From Epithemia pelagica (lineage: Eukaryota; Protista; Bacillariophyta), in contig OX337239.1 of NCBI GenBank assembly GCA_946965045.2, positions 248,001 to 312,000 on the forward strand: a DNA stretch of 64,000 nucleotides, read 5' to 3'. This document shows, in pieces, positions 48,009 to 57,970 of the stretch (within the stretch, counting starts at the first letter, position 1; every line of letters starts with the position of its first letter). A program made the translations under genes and the position numbers. Under the pieces are notes generated by a model. The model searched no databases. It was given only the letters and a program-made list of their open reading frames with translations, and was not told the origin of the DNA.

Positions 48009-48023
48009 TGTTGTTTTTCACTA
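48009..48023 (-). repeat. Inner 15 bp (U5 end) of the 5' LTR, separated from the rest of the LTR by the nested element
   Basis: TGTTGTTTTTCACTA is identical to 42176-42190. Confidence 0.93.
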
Positions 48024-48451
48024 ACTCCATATCAGACTATGTAGGTAGTTTTGCTCACAATTTTATTTTACTGTAGGATTTTTATTGTACGAGCGGGAAG
48101 TAGTTTTCAACCGAAAATCGTGCGAATCGCGCGAAAACGAGCGGGGCGAGCAAACCAAGGCGAAAAAAGCGCACCACGAAAAACCAACACGAAGCAACCA
48201 ACGGAACGAGAAACGAAACCAACAAGGGTAACAAAGTAGCGACACAGGACAAGGAAGAAGAAGCAAGGTTGTGTGAGAATAAGCATGTGATGCAACAATA
48301 AAACAAAGACCATCGCAATGCAACAACTTACCGGTATCTAGAGACCAACCAACTGTGGGAGACATCGATAAGTGTCTGTCATCGAAGAAGCAAAAATGAG
48401 AAGATGAAGGACAATCACAATAGAAACAAAAAAAGACTCACCAATCAGCCA

Positions 48452-51400
48452 CTAGTGGGACTTTTTGGATCCCTTGTGCTTCTTCTTTTTCGACTTCTTC
48501 GAAGTCGTGGTGGCAGGGTTGGTGTATTGAAAGGGTAGCTGCATTCCCCCAGTCATCATAGGAGCAGCCATGGCATTCGGCTGAACAGCAAAAGAATTGA
48601 GTAGGGGTTGTTGTTGCTGTATGGAGGGGAAGAGCTGTTGTTGCATCATCTGTTGTTGTTGCTGCTGCTGCATCATCCACCACATCATTTGTTGTTGGTT
48701 AAAATTGAGGTGGGGAGGAGGAACGACTTCCACCACGTCGTCATCCGAATCAGAATCGGATGAGGATGGAGATGGAGGAGCAGTTTTTTTCGTTGATGCC
48801 GTGTTAGGCGTCGTTGTCGGCTTCGCCGCCACCGTCGTCGTTGGCTTCGCCGCCACTGTCGTCACCATCGTCGTCGGCTTCGCCATCGTCGTTTCCATCG
48901 TCGTCGGCTTCACCTCCGGACTCTGCTTCGTGCTGGGGACCAAGGGAGGTGATCCCCAACCACCCTTCTCTACCACTACCACGTCGTCGTCGCGTTTACC
49001 AGGAACTGGGGGGCCAAACTCATCGACATTGACTGCGTTGACAACACCAATTGGAACCTTGGGCGAAGCAGCACCAAGATCACGTCCTAGTAGAAGGTAT
49101 TAAGAAGCAACTTGAGTGAGAAACAGAACGAGGCAACAATGAAACAACAACCAAACTTACCATTTGGAGAGGGAGCCTTTTTTCGCCCTTGTACCAATTC
49201 GCTTTGAGAGCTTTTGCGAACGAATCCGTCGTGAATTCTTGGTACCGAAAACTTGCACGGTCAGTTTTGTGACGGCCAAAGGCATTGACCATGTGTTGTG
49301 GAACGCCCGCATCTGCCACGTTGGAAATACCAGTACGGCGACCAGTACGAGCGGTTGCACGGTGCCACTCCGGGTGGCCGCACCTCTTGAAGAGGATCTT
49401 TGCATTGTCGTTGGGCCAGTTCTTACCGAGAGCGCCCGAGGGGCGCATGGGAACAGAAGGTGACTTGCCTTCGGCAAGGGCCTTCTCGTACGTTCGCTTC
49501 GCTTCAATCGTGGTGTCGCGGACCATCTTCGTTCCTCCCCACCAATTGTCATTGGGTGACGGACGTTCTTTTCGTTCCTTTTCCGTTGCGATATTCAAAA
49601 AGAGAAGCCCTGTCCAGCCAGGTGGTAGTCCGTTCTGGATCCAGTGACGGAGAATCTTGTACGTGCACATGTCATCGTCTGGATCATCAACGATCATGTT
49701 CGGCACACGTTCTTCGTCCGATCGCAGAGTCGGGTTTGAAAGCGAAAGCTTCGCCGTCTTCTCGCGCTCACACTCGCGTAGTTTGTATGCCGCGAGACCT
49801 GCCACATCGCCATACTCTTGCGGGAGAGCAGTGATGTGGATCACATCAGTGATCAACAACCGGTAAATCTGGGTGACGTGAGAATCAGAACGCATGTCAG
49901 AAACTTGCCAGTCGATCCACCAATCAACATGAATGGTTGAAACTTACCTCCATACCACGAGTTCCCCAACAGCGAGAGCAAAGGTACACTACCATACGCA
50001 GACAGTCCAATGCAATCTGGAACGGACTCATTGGCGGTTGCGCCTTTGTTCGCAACATGACGTCGTCGTTGAATTCAATCAACCCCTTGTTCGGACGACG
50101 ACCGTAATCTGGACGACGTTCGGCTTCCTCGCGAAACTGGTTTGCACAGTACGCTTGGAAAGACCCTTGCATGCTTTGCATGTGAGTCATGCTATACTGG
50201 ATGCCATGCGAACGGAAGATCGCAAAGATTTGGTCCAAGATTTTTTTCACAACGTTTGGTTGGTAAGCCTTTCCCTCCTTGGTCTTCAGATTGGAAACAA
50301 AAACAACCAACGCATCATTCAGAACTTGTTCTTTGTCTTCTGTTTTCGAGCCACGGAGCATGGGAAAAAGCCGAAAGAGTCTCTTCTCTGGGTTGTCGGG
50401 GTCGACGACGTATTCAGTGAGCACGTAGAGGGCAGGGTGCTTCGAAAGGATTTGGAGGAAGCGCTCGAAGGAACGGGCTTTATCTTTTTCATAGCCCACC
50501 GTATTCATTGACAACTGTCGAAGGTTCCTGGTGGCATCCCCGAAGATGGACCTCGACAAGGTGCAATACGAGGCCAAGGCGGCAAGATCGTTGGGGGAAT
50601 CGAGCACTCGGGGCAGGGAATTCGACGACAACTCGGCCAGCGTAATCTTGTTTGACTGGTGGTCGAAAACCAGGGGGCGGCGTTCACAAGCAGCCTTGGC
50701 TGCAACAGCAAAGGAAGGTTCATTGGCAGCTCGTGGAGGCGGAGGAGGAAGTTCCACGGTGGGATCGACGACAGCACCAGATGGATTGACACTGCCATGA
50801 GGCCGCCTGAATACGAACAATCAACCAGTGAGAAGAAATTGACACAACAATGCAGGAACACAAAGCAATGACAACAATGCAACAAACTTACGGCGCGGAC
50901 GGGTTGGTTGATGAGTCTTCCTGGTTGGTGGAAGTAGGTGGATGCGGGAAGACAGCAGCCGACAACCTGTCAATGGAATGAGAAAACCAATCAACAGGTT
51001 AGACCAATGGTTGCAATCAACAAACGAAGCAACAATCAACGATAGAAACAACAAACTTACCGATTTGGAATGGATGGTGGGTCTTGTTCCTCATTGTTGG
51101 AAGGACGGGGAGGTGGTTTCTTGTTTGGTTGGATGCAACCAAGAGGCTCTCCGGTTCGTTTTCCAAGCACCGACGGAGGTGCTTGGTTCTCTTTATCGGA
51201 ACAATCCACAGGAGGATCGGAAACGGCGGAAGCGGCCGCTGCAGCGGCTCTTGCATGGCGACGAGTCTTCATGGCGGCCTTTCGACTTTTGGATTCCAAC
51301 GGATTATGAAGAATGAACGAGTAGAAACGAGTGTGAGATTTTGAAATGCCAAGTGCGACCGGGAAGAATTTGGGAAGAAAAGGAAGACCACCATGGCCAA

Positions 51401-51665
51401 AATGGCGTTCCATTGCGTGAAACAAGCCGAAATCGCAACAATCAGACGTAAAAACTTACCATTTGGAAGAGCGTTTCATGATCCATGGGTCACTGGAGAG
51501 ACTGTGCTCCTCAGACTCTCCAGTGCACTCAAGGAACCTCGGAACGTACTCGTGGTTCCAATTCCACATGTTGTCATCCTCGAAGACGAACATCATCGAG
51601 GTGGAGGAATCCGAAGAGCTGGATGAGTCATCCTCGCTTGTAGTTACTAAGTCTATAATATTCAT
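48452..51665 (-). CDS. Multi-exon tyrosine recombinase, Crypton/DUF3504-like
   Basis: Exons 51665-51460 (uncertain), about 51286-51061, 50966-50892, 50806-49948, 49868-49161, then a low-complexity last exon. All five donors are GTAAGT, and phases agree across introns 2-4. Motifs: ALVVFVSNLKTKEGKAYQPN (Crypton-like), WGTRGME|IYRL (Arg), KTAK (Lys), RTGR (HxxR position), FGRHK (His), FRY (Tyr). First and last exon joins are uncertain. Confidence 0.85.
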
Positions 51666-51720
51666 GGCTACAAACAATGGTTTAGATAGGATGGAGCCGT
51701 CGAAAGCACAATCTCATCGT

Positions 51721-51793
51721 CTTCCTTCCTTCCTTCCTTCCTTCCTTCCTTCCTTCCTTCCTTCCTTCCTTCCTTCCTTCCTTCCTTCCTTCC
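51721..51793. repeat. (CTTC)n microsatellite, about 18 units, upstream of the recombinase gene
   Basis: Perfect CTTC repeat. Confidence 0.97.
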
Positions 51794-51957
51794 TGGTTTT
51801 CGAGAACGAGAGGGAAGGAACGTCAACGAGATCGGGGGGCCTAAGTAATAGTCACAACGGATGGTTTGAAATTTTGCTACTAGTGCCCCTGTTGTAGGCT
51901 GTCTCAGCGACATTTCGGGCAATGTCTAGTTTGTTAAATAACAACGGGGCGGTAGCC

Positions 51958-52166
51958 ACTACCTACATAGCTAGATATGGAGTAAGCATATTAATTCCCT
52001 TGTGTCTGGCCGTCCTTTCGCGTCGGGCGCCCGGCTTGTCGGGAGAATGCCTCGTCGGGAACACGTCTCGACGGGCATTCGCCCTCCTTGACGTGTTCCC
52101 TCCTCGTCATTCTACCCTTCGCGCCGGGCGACCCTCCTTAAAAGGACTAGACACCGGAAATTAATA
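51958..52166. other. Internal complementary region plus 180-nt multi-helix terminal hairpin of the Crypton-like element
   Basis: 51958-51983 is complementary to the left terminus 48024-48049 (23/26). 51989-52076 pairs with 52081-52166 through seven nested helices. Confidence 0.85.
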
Positions 52167-52172
52167 TCACTA

Positions 52173-52612
52173 CTGTCGAGTAACGAAAAAGAGCTCTTTT
52201 GCAAAATTGTGTGTTTCTAGATTATCGTGTGCAAGCTATGAATCGCTCCTGCTCATGCGTTGAGCGTTGACTCGTAGATTGGTGCGTTGATCGACCAAAT
52301 TGGCGGTCCCAATTGTTTATGGACGACCTTGCTGCCTCTTCTGGGCTTCGTGGCTCCCTAAGTGGCGTCCGCTTACTTAGGAGCCAGTACCGTTATTGCT
52401 CTGGCCATGGGAGTCGTTGTTTAGAGCGGCATGAGTGTTACATAGCCGTCGTCCAAATCCCATGTTGAGATGCGTCGTTCGTCTTTGTTGATTTGTGATT
52501 TGTGAGAGGCGGCGGTTCAATGATGCGTTGGGCGTGTTGTGTCATGGGAATTCTGTCTCTGTCCCCATTGTCCCCCACGTGTAGTTATGCCCTTGCGTAC
52601 AGTATTTCAACA
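52173..52612 (-). repeat. Outer 440 bp of the 5' LTR
   Basis: Matches 42191-42630 with one mismatch; ends in CAACA followed by the TSD. Confidence 0.97.
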
Positions 52613-53002
52613 TAGTACGCACGAGCAGCATACAGCGCTCGTCTTCTATTATTGCTTATTGTAAATTGCAAAGTCGAAGTTGCTTGCCTTTCTGACGACA
52701 AGAAGCAAGAAAGACAAGAGACAAGGACCAGAACTTGGGGGGTACAGGGTACAATATAATATTATCGTCTATTGGTTGCTGATTGCTGATTCCCTGCTGA
52801 TGGCTCGGCGGATTCGGGGATTCTAAGTTGTAAGCAGTTTGCAGTCTGAATCTGAAGTCCATATCTGTCTTATTTGCAACACAGATCACAGAGGGACGAA
52901 GTGTAGAGGGTTAACCTCGATTTGTATCTCCTTCCAGTTGTTGTTTTTTTGTTTGGAGATCATTTACACACATTGTAAAACATCTCGTGAAGAATCTCGA
53001 GG

Positions 53003-56000
53003 ATGGAGGTTGATGAAGAGAGCATCAGTGCGATGCAACAACAAGAACAAAATCGAAGCAGTATTGACGAAAACAACAGTCACATTGAAATTGCCAATCT
53101 GGAGAATGAAAGCGTTTTGTTGGATCCGGCCATGAGCGTCAACGACGAAAGCACCATAGGGAGCACTCTCCCGTCCTACAGAACACAAACTCGACAAAAC
53201 GGAGAGGAACTGGGCCAGGATGAGTCTGTATCATCCCCTGTTTCAAGAAATGCATCCTACGGAAAGCCACTCATGTTTCAATCGCTTGGAATGTATGGCC
53301 GTGAGGGTGAATCCGCGAGTCTGAATGAATCTTTGGACCGCTTAATAAATACAAAAGGTCATCGAGAATTGGTCCTCATCTCGGGAACTAGCGGCACTGG
53401 TAAAACAAGGCTGGCACATTCCACGAAAGAGTTGATACTCCAGAAGACCACTGATGGACTCTTTGTTCAAGGAAAATTCGATGCAAGCTCCAACGGAAAG
53501 AATAACCCGTTCTCAGGCATCACAGAGGCAGCTTCTCAAATCTGTTGCAAAGTACATGAAATGGAAATGGATGATCCTGACTGGTTCAGAACGTTATGCG
53601 AAAGACTCAGACATGAGATTGGACCCCAGCTCGAACGCCTGATCAAAGGTATAGTTCCAGTTTTGGGCGATCTTTTGAAACAGGACGGTTCCCCGACTGT
53701 TGTGGAACAAGATGCTTCACCGACTCCAATGAATGACACGAGTCAACACCAACTCTACTATGCTTTTGCGCGTTTCTTGCGCATCGTCTCCGCCAAGTTC
53801 AAACCACTTATTTTGGTTCTCGATGATCTTCATCGAGCATCTCATTCTGCACTGAAGCTGGTCGATGTCATCATGACTGTTCACGAGAATGAAACCCCTT
53901 TGTTGGTGGTGGGAACATATCGGTCAGATGAGATTGATGATTCAAATGTGGTTGATGAAGCAAACGAGCTAACTCTAACTCGATTGATCACTGAGTTGAA
54001 AAGGAAGAGTGTTGATGACCAGGACTTCCAAGTAGAGGAAATTGCGATCACAGATTTAGACTACGAATCTGTGAGACAAATTGTTTATGCCTTGTTCGAC
54101 CATCATGATCCAACTAACATCAATGATTCCTTGCGAACCACAGAGTTGGTCCATCGCTGTCTTGTGAATACTCATGGAAACCCGTTTTTTCTACTTCATT
54201 ATATGAAGATACTGTGGGTTCGGCAGCTGCTGCGATTCAATCAGTCTCGTAACGTTTGGGAATGGGAAGAAAATGAGATTTTCCACCAAGAATGGGTCCG
54301 TGCAATGCAAGAACAAGAACAAACTCGAAGTAGCACCGGCGAAAACAACAGTCCGATTGAAAGAGTGACTATGAAGAATGAGAAAGTTTTCTTGGATCCA
54401 ACCATGAGGAGAAACGACGAAAGCACTGTAGATAGCACAATCACATCCTACGGAATACGCACTAAGCAAAACGGAGAGGATTTTCTTCCTGATGGTGCTG
54501 CGGCTACCCCAAGTCGAGAACAGCAGGAATCAGTATCAACACGAGTTTCACGAAAGGAACCCTACGGAAAGCAGCTTCAGTTCAGTTCGCTTGGAATGTA
54601 TGGCCGTGACGAAGAATCCGCAAGATTGAATGAATCGTTGGACCGCGTAATGAATACCAAAGGTCACCGAGAACTGGTTCTTATCTCTGGAACAAGCGGA
54701 ACTGGTAAAACAAGGCTGGCGCATTCCACGAAAGAGTTGATGCTCCAGAAGACCACTGATGGACTCTTTGTTCAAGGAAAATTCGATACAAGCTCCAACG
54801 GAAAGAATAAACCATATTCCGGCATCACTCAGGCTGCTTCTAAGCTCTGTTGCAAAGTACATGAAATGGGAATGGATGACCCGGAGTGGTTTGGGGCGCT
54901 CTGCGAAACTCTCAGGAGTGAGATTGGAAACCAGCTCGAACGCCTCATCAACGGTATAGTTCCAGTTTTGGGAGACCTTTTGGAACAGGACGTTTCCCCG
55001 ACTATTGTGAAACAAGATGCTTCATCGACACCAATGAATGACACGAGTCAACACCAACTCTACTGTGCTTTTGCACGTTTCTTGCGCATCATCTCTGCCA
55101 AGTTCAAACCTCTGGTTTTTGTTCTCGACGATCTTCATCGGGCATCTCATTCTGCACTGGAACTGATCGATGTCATCATGACTGATCACGAGAATGAAAC
55201 CCCTTTGTTGGTGGTGGGAACATATCGATCAGATGAGATTGATGATTCAAACGTGGTTGATGAAGCAGACGAGCTAACTCTATCTCGAATGATCACTGAG
55301 TTGAAAAGGAAGAGTGTTGATGACCAGGACTTCCAAGTAGAGGAAATTGCGATCACAGATTTAGACTACGAATCTGTGAGACAAATTGTGAAGACCTTAC
55401 TTGATCTGAACGAACCATCAATGGACAACACTGATGCCTCACGAATCTCGGAGTTAGCCCACCTATGTCTCGTGAAAACTCATGGAAACGCTTTCTTCTT
55501 ACTAAATTTTATGAAAATTCTGTGGCTTCGGCAGCTGCTGCAATACAACCAGTCTCGCAAGGTATGGGAATGGGAAGAAAGTGACATCAACCAGGGCACG
55601 AGTATGACTGATAACGTGGTACATCTTCTAAATGCCAGATTGGTGGAGCTATCTCAAGAATCCTATCTTACCAAGATTCTTCAACTTGCTTGCTGCTTCG
55701 GGTCGACGTTTTCTGTGTCAACAATGAAACTAGTTTGGACGAACTTGCATGGACTTCCACCGGACCAGCGGTCGGAAGTTGTATTGGAAGAGGGACTGAA
55801 TGCTCTTGAAAACAACGATCTAATCGTACTGACCAGAAACGCGAACGACTTGTCGGATAGACCAATGTACGTTTGGTCTCACGACAAAATCCAAGATGAA
55901 GCCGTAAAGCTTTTCCCTGATGAAAGCGATCGAATCGCCTTTGGGAGCGAAGTAGCTGAAATTATCTTGAGACGCCTGGATCAACTAGAAAAGTCAGAAA

Positions 56001-57853
56001 GAGATTCCGCGATGTTGCTGGCAGTTAAACTTCTGAACGACGATTGCTCGAACATGGTGAATGAAATCAGCTGGCTCACGTTGGCCGAGCGAAATTATGA
56101 AGCTTGTGTCAAAGCTATATCAATGTCTCATTTCCACGCTGCAGCAGACTACGCTGAAAAAGGGATCGCCTTACTGCCGCAATCCTCCTGGACAACACAC
56201 CCAGACCTGACTCTGAAGCTTTACTCAATCGGAGCCAAGGCGCAGAATATTATTGGAAATGTTCGCAAGATGGAACGGTACTTCATAGAAGTTATGAATC
56301 GTGCGGGTGTGAATGTTGAAGATACTTTTATCGTGCGGTACGCCTACGCTGACAGTTTCATGACAAGAGGCGAGATTAAACAGGCAATCGCTATTTTGAC
56401 GGACACTCTGAGCCTCTGCAACTGCCGGTTCCCGTCAATGACGATCGCTATATACTTGGGTATCATTTGGAAGATCTTCCGAATCAGAATGACAAGGAAT
56501 CCGGTCGAAATGTCAAATTTGTCCGCAATGACTGACACCAAGAGAATCGAAATGATGAAGTTTCTGGACAAGTTGGCGACTTGTTTGTACATGAACCATG
56601 AACCCCTCCTACCACTGATCGTTTTTCGAAGCTTGGATTACACCCTCAAGTATGGATACTGCGACTATTCTCCGGTTGCCTTTGCAGCCATGGCTATCGT
56701 TTTGACAGGTGTCGTGGGTGACTTTAAACGGGGTTGTGAGTTCGGTGAACGAGCATTGGCACTCATGAGGAAGATGAAAGGTGAAGAAACCAAGGCCCGT
56801 ACATTGTTCTTGGTTAATGCTTTGGTGTTTCCATGGACGAAAAAGGCAGAAGCCCTTCTTGCACCTTTGACGGAGGCATATGAGATTGGACTTAAGACTG
56901 GGTAAGTGCTCACCGTACATTCCAAAGTTCGTTTGCCTCCTACTCTCATGTTCTCCGGTCTGTATGGTATGTGAAGTGACATCGAGAGTGCCACCTGGGC
57001 AGTGCACAATCGAATGATGTTGAAATATATCATCGGCCGTCCTTTAAGAGAAATGGAGAAAGATCTTCAATGGTATTCGAAACGAATGCGAGACCTTAAA
57101 GGCAATCATGCTTTCTGGGTTCGTTCGGTTTCGAGGGTAATTCGGCAAGTATACCTCAATCTCATGGGTCTTGACAATACGGAGGAGCCAGCAAGCCTAG
57201 TGGGAGAGGCCAACGATGGGAAGAATAGCAAACGCTGCCTGGAACATCCCTTTCTCAAGCCGGGGTATGAGGCCTACGAATGCATGATTATGACTTTCTT
57301 TGGATACTATGTAAGACAGGCCAATTGGACCGTAGACCACCAGGGAATGGACGAGTTTTCCAAAACAAACGTTGCGAATCCTGATCAAATGTGGGCGAGT
57401 TTCTTGAAAGCTGTGTGCCTGTACGCTGCCTTTCGGATCACAGGTGATAAGAAGTACCTCAAAATGGGAAATCAGTTCCGATCCAAGATCAAGCAATGGG
57501 TGAAAATGGGCAACCCGAATGTAACGCAATACGATTTGCTGCTGGATGCCGAATCATGGGCAGGGAAAGGAAAACAGCACAAGGCACTTGAATGTTACAA
57601 GGCCGCCATTGATGAGGCCGAAGGTCGCAATTGCCATCATGACGCTGGTCTAGCATGTGTACGACTTTGCGATTATCACCTCAGAATCACAAAGAATGTG
57701 GACGAGGCACGGATTCATTTCGAGAAAGCTCGTATGAACTGGTCGAAATGGGGTGCCCATGGCGCAGTGGAACAGTTGGGAAGAAAGTACAATTCTCGTT
57801 TCAAACAGTTGCCCCCCGAAGTACATTTATCCATTGCTCCATCAGGAAAATGA
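53003..57853 (+). CDS. Large STAND/AAA_16-like P-loop ATPase with tandemly duplicated NTPase module and helical (TPR-like) C-terminus; two exons (53003-56901, 56977-57853)
   Basis: Two copies each of MYGR, ISGTSGTGKT (Walker A), VQGKFD, LVLDDLH (Walker B), GTYRSDE, THGN.FF and WEWEE. The 75-nt intron 56902-56976 joins LKTG|DIESATWAVHNR in frame; its AAG acceptor is inferred from frame. Confidence 0.88.
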
Positions 57854-57970
57854 GGAGAACTCATGTCATGATTCAACGTTCGCAGTCAATTTATTTCGTA
57901 AGGCTTGGATTCCTTAAATACCATTAGTCGTGCATATTTATTGGACAACCTTTCGTATTTCGCCACTCTC

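Larger units (their letters stand above)
48018..52172 (-). mobile_element. Crypton-like tyrosine-recombinase element (4149 bp plus one copy of the 6-bp repeat)
   Basis: Bounded by the direct repeat TCACTA (48018-48023, 52167-52172); removing it restores the LTR exactly. Encodes one tyrosine recombinase; no RT motifs and no long TIRs. Confidence 0.9.
42176..52612 (-). mobile_element. Ty1/copia LTR retrotransposon (CoDi-like), full length, carrying a nested 4.15-kb insertion in its 5' LTR
   Basis: TGTTG...CAACA termini and TAGTAC target-site duplication (42170-42175, 52613-52618). Two 455-bp LTRs; domain order gag-PR-IN-RT-RH. Confidence 0.97.

Noticed and set aside
47990-48012. tRNA gene
   Set aside because: Only 14-16 nt match tRNA-iMet and there is no cloverleaf; treated as a PBS.
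48018-52172. Recombinase as cargo of the copia element (a new LTR-retroelement type)
   Set aside because: The insert splits one LTR with a 6-bp direct repeat, is absent from the other LTR, and has sense-strand introns that retrotransposition would remove. It is better explained as a nested insertion.
48018-52172. DIRS retrotransposon
   Set aside because: No gag, RT or RNase H motifs in any frame of the 4.15 kb, no long ITRs, and the recombinase motifs look Crypton-like. Only the ICR-like end structure is shared.
51958-52172. Invertible switch or Flp/FRT-type amplification between the internal site and the circle junction
   Set aside because: The internal spacer (AAGCA, 5 nt) differs in length and sequence from the junction core (TAGTGA), and tyrosine recombinases normally need spacer identity.
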